NCBI GenBank assembly: GCA_041907145.1
Contig: JAYRHW010000132.1
Coordinates: forward strand, 431 to 64,430
Direction: 5' to 3'
DNA: 64,000 nt
Source: Bdellovibrionota bacterium
GTDB taxonomy: Bacteria > Bdellovibrionota_C > UBA2361 > JAFLCA01
The translations under genes and the position numbers were made by a program. How positions within the stretch are numbered: position 1 is the stretch's first letter; the number at the start of each line of letters is the position of its first letter. This document shows, piece after piece, positions 17,419 through 28,255 of the stretch. The notes beneath the pieces are model-generated. The model was given only the letters and a program-made list of their open reading frames with translations, ran no database searches and had not been told where the DNA came from.

Positions 17419-17877
17419 ATGCGCATGGTTAGCTTCGTGCTGGCGAGTATCTGTTTATTGACTGCGTGCACACGCCAACCGAGCAATCAGATACCGCTGT
17501 CCGCCTCCGAGCGAGTCGAACACGGGCAGTTGAAGAACATCAATCTTGTCGTGTCTCGAACTGCTCTCTTCAAGGCGCTCGAGCTTGGCGCCCCGATTAA
17601 TAATATTCGGCTCGTCCCTGTTTTTCGAGGCTCCGGGGGGAGCTCATCGACCGAGGATCCCGCGCCGGAATACAGGTTTTTCGATGTGAATCCGAAGAGT
17701 GGGTACTATTTGTTGGGCATTAGAACGAATGATGTACTCGTCTCGGTCGAGGATCATATTCTGTATAAGCCTCAAAATTTCCCTGAGTACGTGCGGAGGC
17801 TCCTGGATGTACAGCGCGGTTGGATCGAAATTCGGCGCGGGGGCGAGGCCATGCTACTATCCTATACGATGCAGTAG
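17419..17877 (+). CDS. Lipoprotein, hypothetical
   Basis: Signal peptide with lipobox LLTAC. 152 aa. Confidence 0.4.
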   Translation: MRMVSFVLASICLLTACTRQPSNQIPLSASERVEHGQLKNINLVVSRTALFKALELGAPINNIRLVPVFRGSGGSSSTEDPAPEYRFFDVNPKSGYYLLGIRTNDVLVSVEDHILYKPQNFPEYVRRLLDVQRGWIEIRRGGEAMLLSYTMQ

Positions 17878-18012
17878 TCGCGCTAAGCTCCTGAAATCTC
17901 TTGGGGAGTTGCTCGAGCGGGTGGCCCCCCGCTCGCCCTAAGCTTTTTTCTGAATCAGGACGATTACCTATGCTGGAGGGGCACTCAAGCCCTAGGGGAA
18001 CAGCGTACGGGT

Positions 18013-19386
18013 ATGGAGCCGCCAACAGAACAGGGCGCAAACACAGCCATTCTTCGAAGCAAGCCGGCGCTAGCCGATCGCTTTGAGGTTATTGAGGTGC
18101 TCGGAGAGGGCGCATCGGGTGCTGTGTATCGCGTGAGCGATCGGCAGCAGGGTGGCCGTGAGGTGGCGCTTAAGATCCTCCTGAATAACTCTGCCTTTGA
18201 CGAAAATACGTTGAGCCGCTTCATTGCTGAACTTCGCATTTTGCAGAAAGTGCAGCATCCGAATCTAGTCGAGGCATATGATCTCATCGAGCTCGGCGAG
18301 ACGATAGCATTTACCATGGAATACGTTCCGGGATCCGATCTCGGACATGTGTTTAGAAATCGCAAGCTGAGCAATGACGAGCTTGATAGCATCTTCTACC
18401 AGGTGCTCTCGGCGTTGGATGAGCTGCACAAACACGGCATCGTGCATCGCGACATAAAACTCGAAAACGTTCTCGTTACGAAGGATGGACGCGTCAAGCT
18501 GAGCGATCTCGGGCTCATGAAATGCGGCGATTTCGACAATATGACCAGAACGGGGATTTTGCTTGGCACTGCCCAATACATGCCGCCGGAGTACGTGCGC
18601 GGAAGCATGTATGATCATCGCGGGGACATTTATGCCGTAGGACTCATGTTGTATGAGCTGCTGACCAGCAAGCGTAGACTTTCAGACAAAAACGGGAATG
18701 AAGCGCTCGAATATCTTATCAAGACTAAATTCCAAATTCCGAGAATTACCCTAACCGGACTTCCTCGACGTTACCTCGATATCATAGACCGCGCGCTTGA
18801 TCCGGATCCCAATAATCGTTTTCAATCGGCGGCTGAGATGCGCAGTTCCTTCGTGAATATCGAGGGTTGGGAGACAGCCCCCGAGGAACCGCACCCCTCG
18901 TTAGATAAGCCCGTCGAAGTCCGCAGATTCTGCGAAATCAGCGCGATGTCGGAAGCTTTGGTGCGTGGCGAGAAAAAGCGGCGCTTCCTCGGGCGACGCG
19001 CCTTGGTGGCGATTGGAATCTTGTGTTCCCTGGTCAGCTTCCCCATTTTGTGGGACATGGTGAGCAAGGACGTCGTTTTGGAGAGCGGCGTTTACGAGGG
19101 GACGCTCAATGTAAACGGAACCCTTACTAAGATGGTGCTCGACGTGAGGGCCGAATCTCTCATTCTGAGCAGCAGTATCCCCGAATGCGCGTCCGGTCCA
19201 GTCGACCTGCAAACCGGTGGAATATTGTGCGAGCGCGGCGGGCTACAGCTTCGAATCGAAGGCACGGACACGCAACAGGTGCGCGGCTCGATCATTGACG
19301 TGAAGTTGAGAGAGCGCTACCGATTCAGTGTCGAAAAGCAGCAATCTCAGAAGTCGGCTTCCGGGGCCAAGGCCAGCACGAAGTAG
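18013..19386 (+). CDS. Eukaryote-like Ser/Thr protein kinase
   Basis: Gly-loop LGEGASGAVY, VALK, HRDIKLENVL, DLG, PPE motifs. C-terminal TM segment then extracellular domain. Confidence 0.8.
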   Translation: MEPPTEQGANTAILRSKPALADRFEVIEVLGEGASGAVYRVSDRQQGGREVALKILLNNSAFDENTLSRFIAELRILQKVQHPNLVEAYDLIELGETIAFTMEYVPGSDLGHVFRNRKLSNDELDSIFYQVLSALDELHKHGIVHRDIKLENVLVTKDGRVKLSDLGLMKCGDFDNMTRTGILLGTAQYMPPEYVRGSMYDHRGDIYAVGLMLYELLTSKRRLSDKNGNEALEYLIKTKFQIPRITLTGLPRRYLDIIDRALDPDPNNRFQSAAEMRSSFVNIEGWETAPEEPHPSLDKPVEVRRFCEISAMSEALVRGEKKRRFLGRRALVAIGILCSLVSFPILWDMVSKDVVLESGVYEGTLNVNGTLTKMVLDVRAESLILSSSIPECASGPVDLQTGGILCERGGLQLRIEGTDTQQVRGSIIDVKLRERYRFSVEKQQSQKSASGAKASTK

Positions 19387-19420
19387 GCGCTATTCAACCG
19401 AACAAAAGTACGAGAGAAGT

Positions 19421-19828
19421 TTAGAGGATGTGCTTGGTGATGACGAAGGTCCAAGGGATGACAGCTGCGCCGACGTAAATGAAGATGACTGCCTTCATCG
19501 CTAAAGGAAGCCATTGCACCTTTCGCGAGAGGACGCAGATGCTGACGATCACGCCGAGGGCGATAGTTTTGATCAGAATGAGTGCCGGAATGTAGCCGAG
19601 GTGCTCCATCATCACGCGCAGGAGGGTGTTTCCTTCGATTTCAGTTCCGAGGTGAGCGACGCCGATGGCGGTCAACACCCCGTCCAGAATCTGAAGAGCG
19701 GCGAGAATGATGCCAAGCGTTAGCACTTCGCTAGAAATGCCGGTTTGTCGCGCGTTCTTAACAGCAGCCTTAGCGCTTTGGATGCGGCTATATGCGGGTG
19801 CTGAGATGCTTAAAATGACTCTATCCAT
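19421..19828 (-). CDS. Small integral membrane protein, hypothetical
   Basis: 135 aa, 3-4 hydrophobic helices. Confidence 0.35.
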   Translation of the reverse strand: MDRVILSISAPAYSRIQSAKAAVKNARQTGISSEVLTLGIILAALQILDGVLTAIGVAHLGTEIEGNTLLRVMMEHLGYIPALILIKTIALGVIVSICVLSRKVQWLPLAMKAVIFIYVGAAVIPWTFVITKHIL

Positions 19829-20296
19829 ACTCCGGCCTTACGTGCTGAACGGGACTCTCAATACACGTATCAGGCGGAAGAGGCAAATTGCTTCTGATTT
19901 TTGGGTAACTAGTTGGAAATGCTGACTTTTAGTGGAAGCTCTGGCGTTCCTTGGCCTTTTTGTCTTTTTCCTCTAGTTCTCGAACCAGCGAGCAAACTTT
20001 TTCGCGCAGGTCATCAGCAAGCACGCAAATAAGGGTTCCAGTCTGGGAAATGGCGTTATCAGTATGGACAGTCTCTTTGGTGATCCACTCGGCGGCCGTC
20101 TCGAGATGTTCAAGGCGGCTAGAAATATCCATTAGTTTTCCAAGCGTATCCATGCTGTAACCTCTGTAAAACCCGTCTCTAAGTTTGGCCTTTGGAATAT
20201 CAGGCCCTAAAATAGAGATGAGGGAACAGCGAGGGCTGATGCTAAAAAGCAGCAAACGGCGTTCTGCCGTTTGCTGCTTCGAGTGATATCAGCAAT

Positions 20297-22009
20297 CTAC
20301 TTCGTCGCCGTGGGGGCGTCGTAGCGAGATTCCATCCTAAGGAGAGTATCCTTATAGGAGAAGGATGCTGACACCGCTCCGGCCTTACGCAGATCGTCCA
20401 TCGCTTGATCTGGCAAAGCAGCCTGGCCACCGGTGAACATGGCCATGCTTCCCTGCATGGATTTGAGCATATCCGCCGTGCGTTCAAAGTTCATGTACAT
20501 GTACAGAAAACTCGCTCCATCTCCCAGCAGTCCGGAGGCTCCGTACACAGGCGCACCGCGCAGACTCTTGCTATGATCTTTACCGGCGGCAATCGCATCG
20601 GTCAAAGCTGCTTCCGAAGAGGCAACCAGCACCGCGCCGCCGCTTTGCGCTGCAAATGCCCCAACGCCGAGCGGACTCATCAAAAAGTTCATGGTAGTGC
20701 CCTGAACTTCCTTCGACTGCCAATCGCCGAGCTGCATGCCGAATCCGGCAAGCGCGCCGTCAATGAGACCCTTCATGTTCGCATAGGTCTTTGCTCCATC
20801 GGATCCTCCGGCTGCCAAGAGAACCTCCGGAAATGGCGAGGTCTGGCTTGCTCCGCGAACGGAAAGGGTGATGGTGTTCAAGGAATCGAGCGCTGCAAGC
20901 TGCTCCTGGTAGGGGGCCAATCCCTGGCCTAGACCTTCCTTGGTCGCCGTATCACGCAAACGCGAGAGAGCCGACGCGTCGAGGCTAAGAGCAAAGAGTG
21001 AATCAGCCGGAACCTGATTCAAAGTTTCATGCTTGGTTCCGCCGTTGAATGCGGCAAGCCAGAGCTTCTGCTGCTCATCCTGCGGCACGACGTGGACGAG
21101 GGTTGTATCCCGCACCCCATTCACGAATCGATGTGACCAAGCTAGGCTTTGTACGGGAACCGAGTTCACCACAGCCTGCACTTCCGCCATGCCTGCGGCA
21201 GGAACGATGGTGCTCAGGCTCTTCAACGTTGCCTGAACGTCAAGGTATGCGGCTGATAGCTGTTCCGCTCCGGGAAGGGTTCCCATCGTTGCCTTGTACT
21301 GCTCCGACGCGGTCAGTGCCTGCATGCCGTCATCCGAGGGGTCGCCGAAGAGGCGAGCGATGTTACCCTCATCGGTAACCACGGCCAATTTGTCCGCGCT
21401 GGCGACAAAATGAATGCTACCAAGTGCCGGAGCTTCCGGCGCCGGAGGCTTAATCGGTATCGAGAAGCCTTCAGGGTTGCCGCTTCGCTTGACGGGGCTG
21501 TATCCCTCGGCCGCGAACGTCTCTTCGAACACTTTGAGCTTGGTCTTTAGGTCCTGGCCTGGGGCCCCCAGAATGAAGAGTCCGGCTCCAGGTTTATGAG
21601 CGGCACCGCCGGTCGGATCAAGAAAGCCCACTCCAGCTTGAACAACCGCCGGCTGTCCGGGCTCGGTGGTGATAATGCCGGTCTTGGTCAGCGCATCAAG
21701 AAAAGGCTTTATAGGGGCAGCCTCAGGGGTGGAATCAATTTTCTTCAGAGCTTCAAGGATGCTCGAGCTGCTGACGTGGCTCCATGCGCTTTCCCGGAAG
21801 TTCTTGGCGGCTGCGGTGGTCGAGTCCCATACTATGAAGCCAGTGCTGCTGGGGGGTATGCGTTTCGCAAGGGCGGAATCAGTGAGTCCGCCGCCGGCTA
21901 CTTCCGTAGTCTCGGACTTCTTGGAGCAGCCGACGAAGGCAACCGCAACGAGGGCGGTGCCGATAGCTGCAGCATATATGGAACGGTACATCAGATGGGA
22001 CGGTTTCAT
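20297..22009 (-). CDS. Large lipoprotein, hypothetical
   Basis: Signal peptide plus lipobox (AFVGCSKK). 570 aa, Ala/Gly-rich. Confidence 0.45.
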   Translation of the reverse strand: MKPSHLMYRSIYAAAIGTALVAVAFVGCSKKSETTEVAGGGLTDSALAKRIPPSSTGFIVWDSTTAAAKNFRESAWSHVSSSSILEALKKIDSTPEAAPIKPFLDALTKTGIITTEPGQPAVVQAGVGFLDPTGGAAHKPGAGLFILGAPGQDLKTKLKVFEETFAAEGYSPVKRSGNPEGFSIPIKPPAPEAPALGSIHFVASADKLAVVTDEGNIARLFGDPSDDGMQALTASEQYKATMGTLPGAEQLSAAYLDVQATLKSLSTIVPAAGMAEVQAVVNSVPVQSLAWSHRFVNGVRDTTLVHVVPQDEQQKLWLAAFNGGTKHETLNQVPADSLFALSLDASALSRLRDTATKEGLGQGLAPYQEQLAALDSLNTITLSVRGASQTSPFPEVLLAAGGSDGAKTYANMKGLIDGALAGFGMQLGDWQSKEVQGTTMNFLMSPLGVGAFAAQSGGAVLVASSEAALTDAIAAGKDHSKSLRGAPVYGASGLLGDGASFLYMYMNFERTADMLKSMQGSMAMFTGGQAALPDQAMDDLRKAGAVSASFSYKDTLLRMESRYDAPTATK

Positions 22010-22229
22010 GTGGATAATCCCCTACAAAAGGTACTCAAAATGCTCTGGAGAGAACTGTTGCGGGGGCATCGCGTCGATTGTCATCGCAGCCCTGGGGCGC
22101 GAACGAAGTGCAATCAAAGAGCCGACAATTACCTACAGAGCGCAGCCTATTCATTACTGCCTAAGCCCGTGAAAGTCCACCACGAAAGGGGATTTCTACA
22201 GATTTAGAAGGTACTTATAGGCAAATTCT

Positions 22230-22859
22230 TCAGAAGGAAAATGCGTATTCAAGAATAGGGCGCTTCGCGGCGTAGTCATAGCGAAAACGCATGCGGTGAC
22301 CAATTCGCAGCTGGGGGTCAACCACCTGGCGAAAGTTGAATTCAACCCCCAACTCGAAGAGCTTCTTGCCGCGCGCGCGCCTGTCAAAGCGGATAGAGGA
22401 CCCGGTCGAGCGTACGGTAAATCTCAGTGCATCCTGCAGTCCAAGAAGGCTGGAAACCACGTCTCGATAGGTGTCCTTGAGTTCAGAGCTGCGCAGGGCC
22501 TTTGCCATGTCATGTCCGGCTTGGATGCTGAAGACACGTTCGGCCATGTGCCGACTAAGCTCTGGGTTTATTCCCGCTGGATCCCACTGTGGATTGGCCT
22601 CCGACTGCATCCGCCTAAGGGTCGCCAGAGTGAATCCATCATAGGCGCTGTCAGTCTCCTTCAGGATGCGATCGAAGGTGGAGCGGATGCTGTTGAAGTC
22701 CTCGGAGGAGCTTGGGGCGCTAGCGCCTCGCAGTGACCGCAGGGCTGACTGCTTGACTTGCGACTGTGCGTGGACTGCAGGCCCGCTTGCGACGAGCACA
22801 ATGAACAGCAACCACGTCAGGAACTGGAATCTTTGGACGTCGGGATGCGCCATCTCCAT
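22230..22859 (-). CDS. Secreted or outer-membrane protein, hypothetical
   Basis: Signal peptide ...ASGPAVHAQ. Terminal aromatic FSF, typical of beta-barrel OMP C termini. Tandem with the upstream lipoprotein. Confidence 0.35.
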   Translation of the reverse strand: MEMAHPDVQRFQFLTWLLFIVLVASGPAVHAQSQVKQSALRSLRGASAPSSSEDFNSIRSTFDRILKETDSAYDGFTLATLRRMQSEANPQWDPAGINPELSRHMAERVFSIQAGHDMAKALRSSELKDTYRDVVSSLLGLQDALRFTVRSTGSSIRFDRRARGKKLFELGVEFNFRQVVDPQLRIGHRMRFRYDYAAKRPILEYAFSF

Positions 22860-22916
22860 TCTGATGCCAGGTATTCATGGTTTGTATCGGTAAGACTGGA
22901 ATTCTTTTGAATGAGC

Positions 22917-25229
22917 TCAGTAGCGATATTGCCAGCGGGTCACGGCGTCGTTCACCTCGCGCAAGAATGACTCTTCATTACGAAGGTCCTTGAGTACGAC
23001 GATTTCCCGGCCTTGCCCAGTTTCTTGGACGCCAATAAAACGGCGCTGCTGCAGAAATTCTAATGCCGAAATCAGAGCGGCTTGAGAGGAGGCTTCGGTG
23101 CGGGTCACAAGACCGAGGTACCCGGCACTCTTGAAGTCTTGAACGAGGCTATTGAGCAAAGCATCGTACGAGAAGGAGTAATCTTCCGTCCCGGCCTCGA
23201 CTACCGGTCCCGGCTGGACCGGGATTCGGCGCACATTTTGTACAGTCCACAGCAGGGCCTGGATAGAGCCTACCAGAAGACCTGGACAAAACGCCCCCGA
23301 CTCGCGGGACGCAAACTTCGGGTTGGATCCCGCAGTGAGGAACGCCGCCTTCTGCATGCCCTCTATCACGGCAGTCATTCTAGCGCGGAATTCCGGTAGC
23401 GGGGCTAGCAAATGCTCCTGCTCGAAGTAGGAATGAAATACGCAAGCTTCATCGGCATTGAGCGGACGGCCTAACAGCTCGAGAATCGATAGAATGCTCA
23501 TTTCAAAGAAAACGTGGATGGTGGCGTTCTTGTAAAAGTCGGCGGTAAATCGCTTGGTGCCACGCACGATAAAGACATCCTCCCCCAGACAGCTTCCGCG
23601 GCTGATGGTTCCTCCGCGCGGCAGATCGTGCAGCAGCTCGTGCGCGCCGACCATGAAATCGCTGAGGGCCGGAGAAAATCGCGGCTCGAGTCCGTCAATT
23701 TTCGAGATGACAGCACTAGCCCCGGCGAGTTCCCGAATATGCCGCACCAGTTCCGTGCGTGGCAGGGCGTATCGCGGCGCCATAAGAAGCGCGGTGTAGG
23801 CAAGGCTCGACAGGCTGATAGTGCTTTGGTCTCGAATCGCCCGCGTGAGGGCGTTGCCTAGAGCAAGCACTTTTCCTTTCGCCTCGTTTTCAGATCGTGT
23901 GGGATGGCTCTTGAGAAACTGCTGCAACGACACTGCAGTTCCAAAGTGCACGCTGACGTCGCCATACTGCTTGCGAAAGATCGAGCGAGCCTGGAGCAAA
24001 GAGCGAAAATTCTCCTTGGTCTTCGCTTGGCCGGTATTCTCGAAGCCGAAGGCAGAGTCCTCTATGACGTTTTCATACGAAATCGACACGGGAATTAGTA
24101 GAATATCCCGGCGCAAGCCCTTGAGATAGGCCTCAACGATGATGCTAAGGATACCGACCTTGGGTGGACGCATCTTCCCGCTGCGGCTTCGTCCGCCCTC
24201 GATGAAGAATTCTTGGGAGTGCCCGCGCTTGACGAGGTAGGTTACGTACCGCCGAAGGACGAGCGCGTGGATGCGGTCATTGCGAGCGTTGCGCTTGACA
24301 AAGTACCCGCCGAGGCTGCGAATGAAAAACCCTGCCGGCCAAAAACGCAGATTTACACCAGCGGCGACAACTGGGGGATTGATACGAGACTGATAAAGCG
24401 TCGAACCCAAGATAATATAGTCTAAATGGCTGCGGTGCATGGGAACCACTACAACCGTATGTTCTCGTACTGCAGCTTCGAAAGATTCCAGACCGCTCAG
24501 CAGTACTCGGGAGAAGAGTCTCCGAACGATGAAGTCTGCCATCGGCGCGATTAGCCAGAATATAATCGCCCGGGGATGGGCTGCCATCTCGAAGAATTCC
24601 TTGCGAGCCTTGCGGCGAGTTGCTGCCGGGTCCTCCTTCGAGCGCTGGGCGACAATAGAAATCTCTCGCTCAAACTCCGCTCCGCCGAGCACTGCCCGAG
24701 CCTGAGCGTCGATTGACTGGAAGGGGGTGCCTCGCACGACTTTTAGGTTTTTGTAGAAATCCAGCTTCAAAAATCGGGCTAGGGTCATGGGACGGCGGGC
24801 AGTAGTCGGTGGAGTAATCGGATCGCCAAAGATGATTACGAGAAAGCGCGACAAAAATAACAAAGCTAAAGAGCGGGCCAGTCCCAACCGGTAAGCTGGA
24901 AAACTCGTGGTCGGTCCGCGTCCGTATACGATATTGCAGGTGCTCAGAAGCGGAGCTTCTTTGGTCGCAAGGAAATCCAGCGTTGCGGAATCGTGGACAT
25001 TTATCCAATAGAGGGCCGCCGGTGTCGGTTCTTGCCCTGTCCAGCGCTCCACAGAAGTTATTCCGATTCGGAGGGCAAATGAATTGAGCAGTGCTTGTAC
25101 GATAATCGAATCGCTATTAGTCACTATGATGGGCCGCGCCGGTGCGCTGACCACGCTTTGGAAAGATTCGGGGACTGGGGTAAGCGAGAAGTATCTGGTC
25201 AGTAAATTGAGGAGCCAGCCAGTTCCCAT
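22917..25229 (-). CDS. plsB: Glycerol-3-phosphate 1-O-acyltransferase
   Basis: 770 aa. Acyltransferase HX4D box VVVPMHRSHLDYIIL, FFIRSLGGYFVKRN. Confidence 0.75.
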   Translation of the reverse strand: MGTGWLLNLLTRYFSLTPVPESFQSVVSAPARPIIVTNSDSIIVQALLNSFALRIGITSVERWTGQEPTPAALYWINVHDSATLDFLATKEAPLLSTCNIVYGRGPTTSFPAYRLGLARSLALLFLSRFLVIIFGDPITPPTTARRPMTLARFLKLDFYKNLKVVRGTPFQSIDAQARAVLGGAEFEREISIVAQRSKEDPAATRRKARKEFFEMAAHPRAIIFWLIAPMADFIVRRLFSRVLLSGLESFEAAVREHTVVVVPMHRSHLDYIILGSTLYQSRINPPVVAAGVNLRFWPAGFFIRSLGGYFVKRNARNDRIHALVLRRYVTYLVKRGHSQEFFIEGGRSRSGKMRPPKVGILSIIVEAYLKGLRRDILLIPVSISYENVIEDSAFGFENTGQAKTKENFRSLLQARSIFRKQYGDVSVHFGTAVSLQQFLKSHPTRSENEAKGKVLALGNALTRAIRDQSTISLSSLAYTALLMAPRYALPRTELVRHIRELAGASAVISKIDGLEPRFSPALSDFMVGAHELLHDLPRGGTISRGSCLGEDVFIVRGTKRFTADFYKNATIHVFFEMSILSILELLGRPLNADEACVFHSYFEQEHLLAPLPEFRARMTAVIEGMQKAAFLTAGSNPKFASRESGAFCPGLLVGSIQALLWTVQNVRRIPVQPGPVVEAGTEDYSFSYDALLNSLVQDFKSAGYLGLVTRTEASSQAALISALEFLQQRRFIGVQETGQGREIVVLKDLRNEESFLREVNDAVTRWQYRY

Positions 25230-25235
25230 CGTCTG

Positions 25236-25862
25236 CTACCCCTGGATTCGCAAGTCACGAAATGCATTATCGAGGGCACCGTCGAGTGCTCGCGCAAGGC
25301 AGAGCGATAACTCCTGCTCAAAGGCAAACGCACCAAAGTGAATGAATGAACCGCTGCTCGCCACCGTTTGGGCGATGCCGGAGCGAGAGAGCTCCGTCTT
25401 GAGTTCCAATGAACAGCTCAACCGCCTGGTGACTAGAAAATCGAGCGCCGATGCCGATGCCTGCTCGACGCTGATGTTCAGCGCTGGAGGAGCGGCGATC
25501 CACTGAGGAGAAAGCATCGCCGAACCTATCGGAGGGCGGCGCTCATCGCCGACCACCGGAGTAAATCCTTGAAGAGCAAGCTTTTGATAGGCTGCACGCT
25601 GCGCCATCAACGCCAGGTCACTGGCCTCGACTTGGCCAAAGGGAAGGGCGATTAGAAGATACTGGTGTCCCAGGCTAGCGTCGGCGGGGGCACTTACTAC
25701 CAATTTAATGGGGTTTCGGTTTAGGGCGGCAAGTTCGAAAACCTTGGGTTTGATGGGCTGCGAGCCGATTTTTGTCGACATGCAGCCGGCCAGACTCAGT
25801 AGGAGACCAAGCAATAACCAGTTCGAATGATTGGAATTCTTTGCGGGGGGCATGGAATTCAA
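25236..25862 (-). CDS. Lipoprotein, hypothetical (co-transcribed upstream of plsB)
   Basis: Signal peptide with lipobox LAGC. 208 aa. Confidence 0.4.
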   Translation of the reverse strand: MNSMPPAKNSNHSNWLLLGLLLSLAGCMSTKIGSQPIKPKVFELAALNRNPIKLVVSAPADASLGHQYLLIALPFGQVEASDLALMAQRAAYQKLALQGFTPVVGDERRPPIGSAMLSPQWIAAPPALNISVEQASASALDFLVTRRLSCSLELKTELSRSGIAQTVASSGSFIHFGAFAFEQELSLCLARALDGALDNAFRDLRIQG

Positions 25863-25994
25863 TGCAACTACCTAAATCGACATCAAAATTTTAAAGGCAC
25901 CAAGTACGTCAAATGTTCTCTTCGGGGACGCCTAGAGCATAACAAACATGTAAAATAGTGGAATCATCTATACCGTAAAGTCACGGTTAGGTTT

Positions 25995-27671
25995 TTGGCC
26001 AAGGAATCGGCCGAAATTCCAGCCTCTTGGCTCCGGCCGAGGTGTGGCGCTTGCTCATTGGAATGTCTCTGGAAGCTGAGCGAGCGAGATTATGAAAGGT
26101 TTATGAAGCGCGCCCGTTCATCACATCAGAAGTCCAAGCCGCAAGGTCGACTTGATCTCGGGTTGAGCTCCCTTCTTTCATCATTCGAAGCCATACCGGC
26201 TCCGCCGTCCCAGCCCATTTCTCCAGTAACTAACGAGATCTCCCGCGAGCCGAATTTTATTCTCGTCGGACATCCCGCCGCCCTGAACGGATCTGCAACT
26301 GCCCAAGCAGTCAAGCCTGCAGAGCCGAGCAAGGAAGCGGAGCTTACACCCTATGAGAGTTTGGCGCGAGAATCTCGCTGGGAGGATTTGAGCGCTCTTT
26401 GTGAAGAGCGGTTAGCAAAAAAGGATCGCAATTCTTCCGAAGTGCTGGAGGGCTATGAAGCACGTCTGTGGTGGGTGCGTAGTCAACTCGCATGCGGAGG
26501 AGTTCCCTCGAGTATACTGGCAGCGCCCCTCGATTCGGTGTCGGAGGGTATGGTCAAGCTCCATACGTCGAGCGGCGGAGCGCTGAAGGAGCGCGCCCCA
26601 CTGCTAGGATTTGCAGCCGAGCTTTTGCAGGAAGTTGCGGAACTGCTGATCAAAAACAAAGATCACGGTCTGGGCATCAGCTTTTTGGAGCGTGCTTATC
26701 GGCTTGGAGCGAATAATGCTTCGACGCTCTTGCGAGAAATCGAGGCTGATTTACAGCGAATTTCCGATGATCCTCGCAAGAATCGGCTGACAAAGAATCA
26801 GGAGCGGGTCGCCAAGCTCGGGGCACTGAAGAAGGAATTGAGGACAGCGCGGGTCAAAGTCGAAAAGCCTGAATTTGAACCGGGGACGAACCCGTCCGCT
26901 GAATCGACCGAGCTAGCGAGCAAGCGAGCGTCGGCTAGTCTGACTTGGGCAGCTGTGCTCCTTGCCCCTCGAGGATCGAGGAGGTCTTTCCTTGCACTCG
27001 GTACGGCTGGACTCCTGGGAGCGTTGGCTGTTCTTTACCTGCCTACGGCCGGCTCGGCGATTCTTTCGAGCCGCGAAGCTGTCGTAGCGAATTCTCCTTT
27101 CGAGTCGGATCGTCATCCAGAGATAATGCTGCCTGAAGTACAGCGTGTGGCCAGCCTAAGTAGTCTTGACGCACTCTTCTACGACATCGATGCTTCACGC
27201 GCTCGGGTTGATGCTCAGCGCGTGGCTGCTCCCGGGGGCACGGCGCTCCCGGCATCCGGCACCTCCAAGGTGGAGGTCGTCCCTAATGCGGGACCCGCGA
27301 CGATACGTCAGGTCGTGAACACCTCCGGCCCTCTTGAGGGTCCTGAGTTCGCCCAAATTCAGGCAGGGGAAGACGACCGTACGGTACGGCGCAGCGATGA
27401 GTTGTTTGGTCCGGTCCGCTCTGCCATCCCGAGTAAGGTTGAAGGGATGGAGGTAGACAAATATGAAGCCGATAAGCTGTTTATCGTCATCACTAAGACC
27501 AATGTAATGGCGCGTCCATCATTTCAAACGGCAGCCCTTGCCGAGCTTCAGTCTGGTGACAAGGTGCTGGTTGAGGCAAAAGTGGGGCCCTGGCTCAAGT
27601 TGCGCTCGAAGCAGGGCCAGGCAGGTTATATTCTCGCTCAGGACGCCGAGCTCTCAAAGAGCGGGAAATAG
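25995..27671 (+). CDS. Hypothetical membrane-associated protein with C-terminal bacterial SH3-like domain
   Basis: Internal TM segment. C-terminus GDKVLVEAKVGPWLKLRSKQGQAGYI resembles SH3b. True start may lie downstream of 25995. Confidence 0.35.
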   Translation: MAKESAEIPASWLRPRCGACSLECLWKLSERDYERFMKRARSSHQKSKPQGRLDLGLSSLLSSFEAIPAPPSQPISPVTNEISREPNFILVGHPAALNGSATAQAVKPAEPSKEAELTPYESLARESRWEDLSALCEERLAKKDRNSSEVLEGYEARLWWVRSQLACGGVPSSILAAPLDSVSEGMVKLHTSSGGALKERAPLLGFAAELLQEVAELLIKNKDHGLGISFLERAYRLGANNASTLLREIEADLQRISDDPRKNRLTKNQERVAKLGALKKELRTARVKVEKPEFEPGTNPSAESTELASKRASASLTWAAVLLAPRGSRRSFLALGTAGLLGALAVLYLPTAGSAILSSREAVVANSPFESDRHPEIMLPEVQRVASLSSLDALFYDIDASRARVDAQRVAAPGGTALPASGTSKVEVVPNAGPATIRQVVNTSGPLEGPEFAQIQAGEDDRTVRRSDELFGPVRSAIPSKVEGMEVDKYEADKLFIVITKTNVMARPSFQTAALAELQSGDKVLVEAKVGPWLKLRSKQGQAGYILAQDAELSKSGK

Positions 27672-27836
27672 GTTCTTAGAGCCGTTTGAGGGTGGGATGT
27701 ACTGCTCTTGATAGTTAACCCGAATACTTGTAGCATAATAGCTCGCATTTATTGAAATTTGCGCTTCACCGCAAAGCCCTAGAAGACTGCGCTTGCGCCG
27801 GGTTCCGGGGATACTTTTTGTTGGATCATTAACGTC

Positions 27837-28211
27837 ATGGCAAGAATTACCGTCGAAGACTGTCTCACCAAAGAGCGCAACCGATTTGCCCTCGTGCAGC
27901 TGGCATCCAAGCGAGCTAAGCAGTTGCTGCACGGATCGAAGCCCTCGGTTCTCGACAGCCGCGGCAATAAGTCGGTCGTTATGGCACTAAGAGAGATCGC
28001 CGCTGGACAGGTACGCTTCATGACCGAAGAGGAGAAGCGTATTGCGCGAGAGCAAGCTCAGCGTGAGCGTGAGGCACGAGCGGCCGAGCAGGCTGCAGCC
28101 GCTGCTGCGGCCCCGGCGGAAGTTTTGCGCGGCCCTGATAGTATAATGAAGAGTCCGAGTGAGCTTGCTGAAGTAGCGGAACCGAACGGCCTTAACGGCG
28201 AGAACCTCTAA
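27837..28211 (+). CDS. rpoZ: DNA-directed RNA polymerase subunit omega, with Ala-rich C-terminal extension
   Basis: [10 protein letters not shown]...[16 protein letters not shown] is the omega signature. Directly upstream of spoT. Confidence 0.8.
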   Translation: MARITVEDCLTKERNRFALVQLASKRAKQLLHGSKPSVLDSRGNKSVVMALREIAAGQVRFMTEEEKRIAREQAQREREARAAEQAAAAAAAPAEVLRGPDSIMKSPSELAEVAEPNGLNGENL

Positions 28212-28255
28212 TTCTGCACGGACTCGTCGATCAGCGGTCATCCAAGTAGTGCGGT

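Noticed and set aside
19929-20255. 108-aa ORF on the minus strand between a membrane protein and a lipoprotein gene
   Set aside because: No motif, uncertain start (internal Met more plausible), weak coding signal. Left unannotated rather than called a gene.
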